Below are positions 37,656-49,739 of a DNA stretch of 64,000 nt, one piece after another. A program made the translations under genes and the position numbers. The notes below the pieces were generated by a model, which was given only the letters and a program-made list of their open reading frames with translations, was not told the origin of the DNA and ran no database searches. The stretch's first letter is position 1. Each line of letters opens with the position of its first letter. The stretch is taken from assembly GCF_001194135.2 (NCBI RefSeq), contig NC_069006.1:22168109-22232108 (forward strand). Reading direction: 5' to 3'. This DNA is from Octopus bimaculoides (Eukaryota).

Positions 37656-39139
37656 GATCTTTTTTTTGAGAATGTTGGATGTGATTTGAGGAAAATTTAG
37701 CAGCTACTTCAAGCAGTTTGAGAGGGTCATTCACTTTTTAGCTCATGGGAGAGTTTGTAAATGTGATAAATGATGTTTTTGGAATTTTTTGTTAATTTCA
37801 TTTCGACATAAATGTATTTGTCAACACACATATATGCACACACAAACACACCTATGCTGACACACCTTATACAGTTATACATCTACGCAGACACACCTAC
37901 ACGCATGCATACAACATTTGCACATATGTGCATCAATGAGTGAGGAAGCAGAATTAAAGAAAGATATTTTATGCCAGAAAAGTAGGTCAAATTATCAGAG
38001 AAGAAAATATAATAAAGAGGTCACAACTTCCAGATCTTTAAAAGACAGACTTATACACACACTAATACACATGCACATACATACACAGACATGAAGACAC
38101 AAGTGCACATGCATATACAAAATCACAGACACACATACATATGCAAAGACACACACACACATACATATAAAAGACACACACACATATGCATATAAATATA
38201 TAAAAACAGACATGTGCATACATACACAAAGACATATACATATGCATCTTTGCTTGCATACAGAGTGAACATATTTAAAACTTACATATATGTACACAGA
38301 TACACATATATATATACATACCACATACATACATCATACATACACCTACAAGAAATTTAAAGAAACACACATACACACTGACAGATATATTCAAAAACTC
38401 ACATATACCAAACCTGATCTTTAAAAGAAGGCACAAACACATACACACGCACAGACACAAACATAGTACGACATAATAATGACAGATCAAAAGGCGGTGC
38501 TCCAGCATGGCCACACTCAAATGACTGAAACAAGTAAAAGAATAAATGAATAAAAGAATATACACAAACTCTGATCTTTAAAGAAAGGTATAAACACATA
38601 CAAAAATACACAAACAACCATGGACAAACGTACACATACACACAGAACTAACACATAGATAACATGGATAGGTAGTTGCACTGGTGAGGAGACCAATAAA
38701 GTTGGCTGGTTGGCTAGCTAGTTGGTTGGTGTTCACTATATCTTGTTGTCATTGACTACCACAACACACTGCTGATATCGTTTTAGTACCTCCCAACCAC
38801 TCTGCCACCGAAACAGATAAAAATAGCATCAACACCACAAATCTTTTTTTTTTTTTTTCTTCTTCTTTTAGTAATGATTTTTTTCTTCTTAGCAACAAGG
38901 TCACAAGTTTCATAGGAAAACACAGTAAAAGAGAGAGAGAGAGTGAGAGAGATGACGATGGACGATGGTGGTGGTGGTGGGTTATTGGTACAGTGGTTTA
39001 GCCCTAGGTCATTCCATATTGAATGAACTTACGTGACTGAAGACATTCTAGCCAAAAACAACTCGTCATTGAGATTATATATGATGGGAAACTCGTTGAT
39101 ATTGGCATGGGGACCCAAATAAGTCAGTCAATAGCCTAG

Positions 39140-39145
39140 TTATTG

Positions 39146-39239
<94 letters not shown>

Positions 39240-39379
39240 CATGTATATATATGTAAATAGAAATGTGTATGTGTGTGTGTGATATATATGCACACATTAT
39301 ATATATGTAATTATATATATCATGCAAATATATATATATATATATATATATACAGTATATATATGTAATTATATATACC

Positions 39380-39419
<40 letters not shown>

Positions 39420-39420
39420 C
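39140..39420. repeat. (TA)n-rich microsatellite field
   Basis: Direct reading. Confidence 0.95.
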
Positions 39421-39454
39421 AGGGAGTGTTGCCCTGCACAAAGATAGGAGGTTG

Positions 39455-40118
39455 AACTGACAAGTTGCTGTCTAAGAATCTGCTTGTAGATTTCAACATT
39501 AGCAATCCCTTGTAAGCGAATAAGTGGACAAGGACCAGCAGCAGAGATCACTGCCTCTTCCATATTTCACTGTCTTATTCACACATGCACGAGCTATCCT
39601 TCATCGGACATACATCCCACCATTGGGACCAATTACATTAAACTTCAATTCATTGCTAAAATGAACTTGCAACCACTGTTCTTCTGTCCAAGCAACATGT
39701 TTGTGAACAAAAAAAAAGACAGGCTCTTTGATTCTTCTTGGAGATCAGGTTTCTTTGTTGGTGTCTGAACAAGCAATCCAGACCCTCATAACCTCCAAGA
39801 AACTGTTTTGCATGATACATTGACATCGGAAGTGAAACTAAACTCATGGGATATCTCAGCAGCACTCTTAAACCTATCCTTCAGCGGCATTCTAACCACA
39901 ATACAATCCTGTCTTGGTGAAGTTTTATGAGGTCTACTGGTTTGGGGTTTAGCATCTGTCAATCCTGATGACTTAAAACGAGATACAATTCATTGCACAA
40001 CACTTCTAGACTTACTTACATTGGTTGCTATCACAGAATTTGACTTGACCTCTTGATGAAGGCACACAATCCTTTGTTTTTCATCAGAGGACACCGGTCA
40101 TCTCTCACAAACCGCCAT
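39455..40118 (-). pseudogene. Tc1-type transposase pseudogene, N-terminal part
   Basis: From ATG at 40118: ...EKQRIVCLHQE...IATNVSKSRSVVQ*IVSRFKSSG...SRPHKTSPRQD...DRFKSAAEI...TVSWRL...KKP/LISKKNQRACL/HVAWTEEQWLQVHFSNELKFNVIGPNGGMYVR...ISAAGPCPLIRLQG. Shows the paired-like HTH and the W..V.FSDE.KF catalytic motif, with stops and frameshifts. Confidence 0.9.
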
Positions 40119-40922
40119 GTTGACAGCTGAATGTTCCAACATGGTAAGATCATAAGAAGTAACTATTTGCCCATTAACAGTTTTCTAAATAACAAATACC
40201 TCAGTTAGTAGTTCATTTTTTTCTAAGTGACCCTTAACATTTAGCTGCTGCAATTTGGAAGATTGTTTGTTTATTTCCTCAAAACTTACGAAATATTTAT
40301 TCCATTCACTTGAAATTTTCACGAAAGATAAATATTAGATATATCTAAATGTATGTAAAATATCTAGTCTCAACATGTTAATCTTCTATAATATCTATTT
40401 CAATACACTTGTTCTTACTGACTCTTATATTAAGGCAGCTACAGTATTTATATATATATATATATATATATGGATGTCACAGAAATTTGACACAGCTCCA
40501 CATTACGAAAAGTTTCATGAGCATAAGACATGTTCACCTTATCAGTTGGTCAGAGGCAGAGGTAGATGTGTTCAATGCACTTGATATTCTAAGTAACATT
40601 GATCTGGACTAGAGTATTACTAAATACATAATTCCAACCAAATGTACTAAGTACTACTTTTTTCATCTGTTTACTCATTTGTACATTTACATATATGTAT
40701 ATATCTATGTATATAGCGGCTACTTTGCGTAATCTGTTACTTCCCAACTATAATCTAGTTGATATTTTTGGATTTTTAAAATATCTTTCATTTTGGGATG
40801 GAACGGAAAGTGACACTTAACACATTTGGTCGGAGTTACATATATGCCAGCAGATGTCCAAATGAAGCAGGTTCGTCCAACGAGCCTATGAATATTCAAG
40901 TTATATGGAGTTAATCAAACTG

Positions 40923-40973
<51 letters not shown>

Positions 40974-41414
40974 GAGGACGGGTCTCCATAGTTTCTGTCT
41001 TACAAGGTATGGGTTATTGTATGATTATAATGAGTTCGAACCCAAAACGAGATAGTGGCAAGATTTTTAACCTCACAGCTATGCCATGTCTGTTGAGCAT
41101 ATTAAAAAAAAACACACAAATGTTATCTTTAAATGTCTAAAGATAAAGTTAACAGTCCGAAAACTATATAATCTTATTAACAACAGTTCATCTCAGACAT
41201 TTTGACATTTAATCATATCAGCTTCCATTTTTCTTTCAAAACCATTTGAACTTAGTAATGGTTTGAACAGCTTCCATACAGGTACGACATCGATTTTCCG
41301 GAACCTTTGCTTCCAAAGATTTTCCGGATTACTGATTTTTCCGAACCAAGAATGGTCGCCTTGGTCAAAACAGTGTAAATTAAACAAATATTAAATTTAC
41401 TTCAAAAATAGATG

Positions 41415-41765
41415 CAGGCTCGGATGTGTGGTAAGAAGCTCGCTTCCCAACCACACTGTTCTGGATAAGTGTCTTCTACTATAGAAGGTACTTATCCGAC
41501 CAAAGCCTTATGAGTGGATTTCATCGATGGAAAGTAAAAGAAACCTGTCATATATGCGTGTGTGTGGTCCCTACCACTGCTTGGCAATCAGTGCTGATGT
41601 GTTTACGTCCCCGTAGGCTAGCAGTTCGGCAATAGAGACCGGTGGAATAAGTACCAGGTTTAAGAAAAAATAAGTACTGGGGTCAATTAATTCGACTAAA
41701 ACCTTTTCAAGGCGGTACCCCAGCATGGTAGCAGTCTAATAACTGAAACTAGTAAAGGATAAAAG
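41415..41765 (+). mobile_element. SINE family A, full length, CpG-retaining
   Basis: gcaggctcggatgtgtggtaagaagctcgcttcccaacc...gtttacgtccccgtagg...ttcaaggcggtaccccagcatgg. Confidence 0.9.
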
Positions 41766-42002
41766 AATTTTTTCTCCCCCTTTTTCTTTTTTTCCGCTTT
41801 TTCTTTTTGTTTTTCTTTTGTAAAAACTGATATTATGGAAGAATCTTGACTATTGTTTAGGATTTGTATTTTAATGTGGTTTTGTATAATACATAGACAT
41901 GCGTGTTATAGATGTAATAAAAGTTGCCGGCTGTCTTCTTCCATTCTAAGAAAAGTATGGACATGACACATTTTCCATTTTATATATCTTTTCTTTTTTT
42001 GT

Positions 42003-42176
42003 CTTTTACTTGTTTCAGTCATTAGACTACCTTGAAGAATTTTTAGTCGAATGAATCGACCCCAGTGTTTATTTTCTTTTTAAAGCCTGGTACTTATTTT
42101 GTCAGTCTCTTACACCAAACTGCTAATTTACGGAGACATAAACATACTAACACCGGTTGTCAAGCAATAGGGACAA

Positions 42177-42218
<42 letters not shown>

Positions 42219-42450
42219 GTGTTTGTGTGTGTGTGTGTATTTGTCCCCCACTACCACTTGACAACCGGTGTTGGTTTGTTTGCGTCCCGCAACTTAATGG
42301 TTCCTCAAAACAGCTCGATAGAGTAAGTACTAAACCTTTGAAAAGAAAAATCTAAAAAGTACTGATGTTCATTTGTTAGATCAAAAAGTACCCGAGGCGG
42401 TGCTCCAGCATGACCACAATCCAATGACAGAAACAAATAATAGATAAAAA
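42003..42450. mobile_element. Inverted pair of SINE family A 3' halves around (GATA)n(GT)n
   Basis: Minus copy about 42003-42178, plus copy about 42240-42450; caccggttgtcaag / cttgacaaccggtg are complementary. Confidence 0.8.
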
Positions 42451-42798
42451 AAAAGTGTCTGGAATCGTCGGAATGTATGGATCTGGTTAAACGTCTTCTA
42501 AATGAAAGATTTAAAGAATTGAAAGCAGAAGAAACTTATACCGGTTAAATCAAACGCTAGCAAAACCCATAGACATATCGATAAACATAATAGCTTGAAT
42601 TGGGTGATAAATACGAAGATTATGGACACAGAACGTATGGGAAGTAAAAAATTAAAACAAAATCTGCTTATTCTCGTTTTATGATATAATCCAAATATGT
42701 GTAACAGAGTCACTTTACTGATGGCACGCTAAACTCATTTAACGCCGAATGCACGAATTAGGTTAATTGCATATTTCGGTTATTTGCATAGCACTTAC

Positions 42799-42897
42799 AA
42801 TCAGAGGGGCTACGCGAGTCGGTGGAATCGACTCCGTGAACATGTAGGTGCGGATGTGTGTAAGCATGAATGTGTGTGTGTAGGTGTGTGCGTATAT
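42799..42897 (-). CDS. Candidate 99-nt exon, phase 1-1: (D)IRTHLHTHIHAYTHPHLHVHGVDSTDSRSPSD. Alternative reading from ATG 42843: MFTESIPPTRVAPLI
   Basis: Strong donor ...CTCTGATT|gtaagtgc; a GC- and CpG-rich unique core among microsatellites. The acceptor tatatgtag| has a poor pyrimidine tract, so the 5' edge is uncertain. Confidence 0.35.
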
Positions 42898-42989
42898 CTA
42901 CATATACACATATATATATACACACACACACACATATATATATACACACATACATATATACATATGCATATATGTACATATATATATAT

Positions 42990-43069
<80 letters not shown>

Positions 43070-43079
43070 NNNNNNNNNN

Positions 43080-43157
<78 letters not shown>

Positions 43158-43390
43158 CATATATATATACAAATGTATATACATACAGATAGATAGATAG
43201 AGTATATTGGTGTGTATATATAGATACGTATACATACATATGTACATCTGTGTGTGTATATACACATACGACGTATATACGCATATGTAGATTGTGTGTG
43301 TGTATATATATACATACACGCACTCAAACCAGATACACGTATATGTAGATTGTATATATTTGTGTGTGTGTGTGTGTGTGTGTGTGATGC
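42895..43390. repeat. Compound (TA)/(CA)/(GATA)/(TG) microsatellite field
   Basis: Direct reading; includes a 10-nt gap. Confidence 0.9.
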
Positions 43391-43472
43391 TTGTACACAC
43401 AGAGCGAACAAAAAACAAATAAATAAATAAAACGTTTGTTCAATATTTCAGCTGCTGCTGCTGCTGGTTTAC

Positions 43473-43521
43473 CAGGAGAAAACCGTAATTGCCATGAGGA
43501 AGTATTTCTACAATTCAGAAC
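43473..43521 (-). other. Candidate 49-nt exon containing an ATG (43495, MAITVFS...)
   Basis: Minus: tttctttatgttgcttttatttttcggtttctaaactag|GTTCTGAATTG...CATGGCAATTACGGTTTTCTCCTG|gtaaac. A competing plus-strand reading (atttcag|CTGCTG...GAGGAA|gtattt) also exists. Confidence 0.35.
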
Positions 43522-43752
43522 CTAGTTTAGAAACCGAAAAATAAAAAGCAACATAAAGAAAAAAGAAAAATAAATGGAATATAACAAGCAAATAAATAAA
43601 CATACAAATAAATATATGTAGGTATATAATAAAGTAAAAAAAAAAAAAAACTATGCCAATCAGCAAGATTGACGATAGCAGCAACTAAATTATCTACTGT
43701 GGACATATTCAAGTTTTCAGCGATCGATATTTCAAATACTACCTACCTATAT

Positions 43753-43755
<3 letters not shown>

Positions 43756-43815
<60 letters not shown>

Positions 43816-43999
43816 GCGTGTACATATACACACATGCACGTTTATCTACACATACATTCATATAGGTTCATTTTTATGCGTCTGTATGTATGTGTTTATA
43901 CAGACACACATATATATGTGTGTGTGTAAGTATATTCGTTTTTATGCGTGTATGTATGTATGTATATATATATATATTCATTTAGATTTGTTTTTATGC

Positions 44000-44050
<51 letters not shown>

Positions 44051-44221
44051 CATACATATATATATAAATATGTATACATACATACATACATATATATATA
44101 AATATGTATACATACATATATATATAAATATGTATACATACATATATATATAAATATGTATACATACATATATAAATACGTATACATACATATATATATG
44201 TATGTATACATATATAAATAT

Positions 44222-44252
<31 letters not shown>

Positions 44253-44340
44253 TATACACATATATGTATATATACATACATAAATATATCCACATATTCA
44301 CTTATATTTGCTTTTATGTGTGTATATAAATATATATGTA
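43756..44340. repeat. (TG)n/(TA)n field with a roughly 26-bp higher-order unit
   Basis: tatatataaatatgtatacatacata repeated about 5 times at 44059-44190. Confidence 0.85.
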
Positions 44341-44668
44341 TAAGCATAAAAAAGAACTGATTAAATGAAAGGACTCGACACATGTGTAGAGCCCAATATT
44401 AAATTGTTTTTTGACAATGACTTCGAAGTTTCGCCGCTCCTAGCTTGTTCAAATTGTTTTGAATGTATGCATGGACATATAGGCAGACAAATAGATGAGT
44501 GTGTGTGTGTGTTTATGTGTGAGAGAGAGAGAAAAACATATACATATATATGCCATTCTGTGTATGTCATATATGTATACGTATATATCAAAGTGATCGA
44601 CCAATTGATTTATAGATTGTGAATAAGTTCAAATACGTACGCCTGTTAGACAATACGATGAACCTTAC

Positions 44669-44800
44669 CGTATATAAATAGACTCTACGGCTAATCCACT
44701 TTCTCTCTTCCGAGAACAATTCGACGAGTTTCGATTAATTATCACCACCGTACTAGGAGTATCTAACTATATTGTCGTAGACAGAAGAACAGCTTAGATC
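44669..44800 (-). promoter_or_regulatory. Candidate non-coding first exon / TSS region
   Basis: CpG-rich unique sequence ending in donor ...tatttatatacg|gtaagg. No ATG in the phase-0 frame. The 5' end is a guess. Confidence 0.3.
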
Positions 44801-45541
44801 TACTAATAATTAAAAAAAAAAACTACAAATAACAAGCGTTGATTATTTTCATAAATAATTTTTTTTTTTTTCAAATTTGTCAATAAGTTTATTTCTTGGC
44901 AAGGCCTATTAACCTCTTGCTGTCCAAAGTATTTTTGTCCTAAAGGTCCATGCTTGTTTTCGGACGTTTAGTTAGCTCTCATTTCATACGTTCCTTTTAT
45001 AGGTTCTATGCTAATCTGATGTTTGAGGAAAATTAGAAATGTGTATCAAATATGATGAATGGATTCCATGCAAAAGGATCAGAAAGTTGATAATTATTTT
45101 ATCCGATATAAAAATGATTTCACCAAGTTCTTTTTGAGAGTGAGTTACCGGATTTTTTGTTTCGTTGTTTATATGACGGAGTCACCACTATATTGAATCA
45201 AATAATATTATCCTGTCCAAAGCATTTTCCTTACTTTTTCCTAAACGTTCATGCTTGTTTTCAGACTTTTAGTCAGCTCTTGCTTCATACGTTCTCGTTG
45301 AAGCAGAAATTAAATTTCTCGTTGTTTAACAAAGAACCAGAAAGCATCATCTATACAAATAGTTCTGAACTGAGGTTGCTAAAATTTATGTGCAATTAAC
45401 TGGTTATATTTCTACAACACACAAAATATTTAAACGTGTTTTATACAATTCCTAATAATATTTAATCATAAAAAAACAACAGAGTTATTTAAACATCGAA
45501 TAGTTATGGTGGTGTCCAGTAGAATAAAATAGGAATCGAAT

Positions 45542-45573
<32 letters not shown>

Positions 45574-46039
45574 TTCGCGCGCACGCAAACTCGAAACAGT
45601 TAAACTAGGTCAAACTTTCCCATATTGAGTACGTTCACCTTACATCCCCCCCCACACACACCTTATAAACGTAAATATGTTTGGTATATTTGTCCAGTTG
45701 TGTTACTCGTTTATGATGCGTACACAGAACTATATGCTTTGTGTGCATGAGCGAGGTGGAATTGATCAAACTCCTTGTTTCTTTGAGTTATTGGAATAAA
45801 ATATGAAATGTTCAGTATACAATTAGACAAATACTCTATACTAGTTTCAGAAACGCAGAATAGATTATATTCAGAGAACTTCTTTGTTTCATTACTCGAA
45901 GTTTTACGATTCCGTTTTTCGTGTTGGCTTACTCCAAGATAGTTTAGGTTGTTTATCTGTGCAATCTAATTCGCTTTCAATTCGCGTCGTAAACAAATTC
46001 CCACAAATATACAGGTCCATTTTTACGAAAGTTAAACCA

Positions 46040-46390
46040 AAACAGATTTTCAAAAATGTTTAGATGCCCACGAGAATCATTATATACCTGTAACGCTATG
46101 TTGAAATGGTTCGTTTTTAACCAGATATCGATATTGGAATAATTTCTTCCAGACCTAGTAGAATAGAATTTGTTTTGAAAATATCACATCCATTTTTGTC
46201 ACGTACGCCACAACAGGTATATGAGAATTTACCTGGTGTGGCACACTCTGTTCGATCTCGTGATCACGCCTGCTTGGCTAGTCAAACTTTACTGTGAAAA
46301 ATGAATTGATACAATTCTTATGAATTTTCAAGATCTATAGCTTAGGTATTTGATATTTAATGTTTGACTGTCACATACATCACGTTAGAA
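46040..46390 (+). repeat. Unclassified interspersed repeat, homologous to 54125-54660
   Basis: Shared blocks: gaaatggttc, aatttcttccaga, ttgaaaat.tca...catttttgtcacg, tagtcaaactttactg.gaaaaatgaat.gatacaatt. Confidence 0.7.
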
Positions 46391-47059
46391 TAGCCGTACA
46401 AAGGTTCACTAATAAACAGACAACTATATTGAAGATCCGTATTGTTGGTGTGCAATGAGAAGCAAATAAAAATTGGGTTCGATCCCAGCACGATGAGAGC
46501 GGGAGAACTGCGTACAGTGGGAGGGGTACTTTTCTTCTACTGATTTAAGTAGTTTAAAAAGATGGTAGATCATTATGTATTGGAAGAGGGGTCGGTGAAG
46601 GTTAAATGATTTTGGTTTGTAGATTTGGATATGAATACGGAGAAGGAAGTGATCTTGAATAGTTTATCGCTTAATGGTTATTTGGCGTGAAATAATTAAT
46701 ATGTAGTTCTAGTGATCATTAACTGAAAAGGCAAGGAGGTTACTTTTAATCCGGTAGGTCATAAATTGGCAGAGTGGTTAAAGTAGAATAAAATTTTGAA
46801 TTTTCATTTCTATTTTGTTGACTATTGCAGTCTAGGAGTTCGCGAGCTGGATGCGGCCCGGTCCTCTTAGAGTGTGAGAAGTGTAGGACCGAAGAACTTG
46901 CCTGAGTAGGGTTTCTTCTCTAAAGACCTTCTGCTGTTCAGCTCTCGAGAGTTTCTTGCCACTATACACTTAGTGATTTGTTATGTGCATGATCACCGGT
47001 CTGTGGAAAAAATGGTCTTACATAAGACTGGTCCGTGATGCAAAAAGGGTTGGGAACAA

Positions 47060-47150
47060 CTTGGTTAAAGCATCGGATAGAATACTTTGTGGTATTTCTG
47101 CGCTCTGAGTTCAAATCAGGGCGAGCTTAACCTCGACTTTTATCCTTTAG
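47060..47150 (+). mobile_element. SINE family B fragment
   Basis: ggtatttctgcgctctgagttcaaatcagggcgagcttaacctcgacttttatcc. Confidence 0.6.
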
Positions 47151-47524
47151 AGTTGTAGACGGTGGGAATTAATGGAATTTTTTGAAGGTCGGACAATATT
47201 TTGCAGTATCACCACTGTCATTTATACGCCATGGAAAGTCCTAGGCCTCGAGATAGTAACGTCTAGGTATCGATGAAGCATGCGTCATGAAGAAGGACTT
47301 CTTAAGTGCAGATTCATATCCTCACGAGTAAGAATATGGTCTCAAAGTTGTACCAAAGAAGTGAGGTCCCATCCACCATTTAAATATGACGAAATTGGTT
47401 TCCTACCTTAAAGAATTCATGGACCCAATGATTTCATGGATCCAAGTACTGCAAGACCCCTAGCACTTACCTTAAAATCCCGGATATCTAGGATGCAGTT
47501 ATAAGAAATATTTCCGTACTTCAT

Positions 47525-47640
47525 TGGTATTTTATTTTATTGAGCACGTAGGGATGAAGGGAAAAGTTGACTACGGTGGGATTTGAAACCAGAACGTAAA
47601 GGGTCTAAATTAAATATCACAAAGCACAGTGTCCGATGCT
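47525..47640 (-). mobile_element. SINE family B fragment
   Basis: ggatgaagggaaaagttgactacggtgggatttgaaaccagaacgtaaag. Confidence 0.65.
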
Positions 47641-48169
47641 GTGACCATTATGACGTGAACAAGCTTTTTATTTATTTTGAGAAACGGGCCGCATGAGACA
47701 TGGCTCATCATCAAGCGGGTGCACTACTAAAAGAAACTTCATAGTAATTTTTCGTTAAGCATGCCATTCAGAAGGACCTACGAGCTGAAGTTTGCTCATG
47801 ACGGCTCTAATGATTCTTATCAAGCTTTGAGTTTCTATGAAGTAAATAAGGAATATGAACGAAACTAGATGAGATGGAAAGAAAAAATTAGAACGAGGCT
47901 GGATAAAACGAAGAGAGAGAAGAGGAGAGACAGACAGAGACTGAAGGGAATGAAGAGAATGAAGAGAATGAAGAGAATGAAGGAACATTGTGAACATTGT
48001 GAAAATTGTGAACATTTGGAAATAAGAACTGAAGGGAAAGATAAAAGAGAAGGGTGAAGAGAAGGAAGAAGAACGAAGACAGAGTAAAATAAAGGCGAGA
48101 GGAGTAGGAGGCGGAATAGGGCAATGAAGATGGCAAAGAATGGAACGAAGATGAAAGAAGAAGAGAAAA

Positions 48170-48305
48170 ATAAAAGGGGACAGAAAAGAAAGACAGAAAT
48201 AACGTAGAGATGACGAGAAGAGAAAGAAAGAAAGAAAGAAAGAAAAAAGAAACAAAGAAAGAAAAAAAGAAAGAAAGAAAGAAAGAAAAAAAGAAAGAAA
48301 GAAAA

Positions 48306-48352
<47 letters not shown>

Positions 48353-48359
48353 GAGGAAA

Positions 48360-48392
<33 letters not shown>

Positions 48393-48541
48393 GAAGGAAG
48401 AAAGGAAATAAAAATGAAAAAGAAAGAAGGAAAGGGAAGAGAAAATATAATCAGTGGTTACAGAAACTAAGTGAAAAAAAAAAGAGGAGGAAAGAAACGA
48501 TAAGGGAGAGAAAAGGAAAGAAAGAAAGGAAGAGAAAGTCT
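48170..48541. repeat. (GAAA)n purine-rich microsatellite before an N-gap
   Basis: Direct reading. Confidence 0.95.
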
Positions 48542-49243
48542 NNNNNNNNNNNNNNNNNNNNNNNNNNNNNNNNNNNNNNNNNNNNNNNNNNNNNNNNNNN
48601 NNNNNNNNNNNNNNNNNNNNNNNNNNNNNNNNNNNNNNNNNNNNNNNNNNNNNNNNNNNNNNNNNNNNNNNNNNNNNNNNNNNNNNNNNNNNNNNNNNNN
48701 NNNNNNNNNNNNNNNNNNNNNNNNNNNNNNNNNNNNNNNNNNNNNNNNNNNNNNNNNNNNNNNNNNNNNNNNNNNNNNNNNNNNNNNNNNNNNNNNNNNN
48801 NNNNNNNNNNNNNNNNNNNNNNNNNNNNNNNNNNNNNNNNNNNNNNNNNNNNNNNNNNNNNNNNNNNNNNNNNNNNNNNNNNNNNNNNNNNNNNNNNNNN
48901 NNNNNNNNNNNNNNNNNNNNNNNNNNNNNNNNNNNNNNNNNNNNNNNNNNNNNNNNNNNNNNNNNNNNNNNNNNNNNNNNNNNNNNNNNNNNNNNNNNNN
49001 NNNNNNNNNNNNNNNNNNNNNNNNNNNNNNNNNNNNNNNNNNNNNNNNNNNNNNNNNNNNNNNNNNNNNNNNNNNNNNNNNNNNNNNNNNNNNNNNNNNN
49101 NNNNNNNNNNNNNNNNNNNNNNNNNNNNNNNNNNNNNNNNNNNNNNNNNNNNNNNNNNNNNNNNNNNNNNNNNNNNNNNNNNNNNNNNNNNNNNNNNNNN
49201 NNNNNNNNNNTCAATGACATATATTGACAAAGTGATCCTCCCA

Positions 49244-49285
<42 letters not shown>

Positions 49286-49344
49286 AATATATGAGAATAT
49301 GCATATATATGTACATGTATGTATATACGTTCATCTACATGTAC

Positions 49345-49620
49345 ATATAGATACATAACTGGGTACATGACGTGGCAAAAGAACAAGGACAAAATGGTAA
49401 ACAAGGTGCAACAAACAAGCAGGCCACATAGAAACATCCCCTTCATCAGCTGCCACCAAATGTGTGTGAGAAAGAGAGAAGGTGACGGAGATAGATAACT
49501 GATGGATAATTCTTTGAGGGAACAATAGATCTCGAAGCACACAAAGCTATGAATAACTATTGGATAGAAAAGTCAAAGGCTGCACAAGAGACACGAACCC
49601 ACATCTCCCATAGACACAGC
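49345..49620 (-). mobile_element. Possible Penelope-like element terminal fragment
   Basis: Minus gcagctgatgaagggg...atgtggcctgcttgtttg resembles Penelope-type pseudo-LTR ends; no coding motif confirmed. Confidence 0.35.
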
Positions 49621-49626
49621 ATCCAC

Positions 49627-49705
<79 letters not shown>
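49627..49705. repeat. (GATA)n microsatellite
   Basis: About 19 perfect units. Confidence 0.95.
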
Positions 49706-49739
49706 CCAATTGGCTCCCTGAGCAAAGTAGCACTTCGTT

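Noticed and set aside
42576-42583. DRE-like TATCGATA (also 46126-46133)
   Set aside because: Short motif in CpG-retaining AT-rich DNA. One copy lies in a repeat, and relevance to molluscs is not established.
49380-49460. Hammerhead ribozyme in the Penelope-like fragment (CTGATGA on minus, 49449-49443)
   Set aside because: No stem II followed by GAAA downstream, so the catalytic core is incomplete in this copy.
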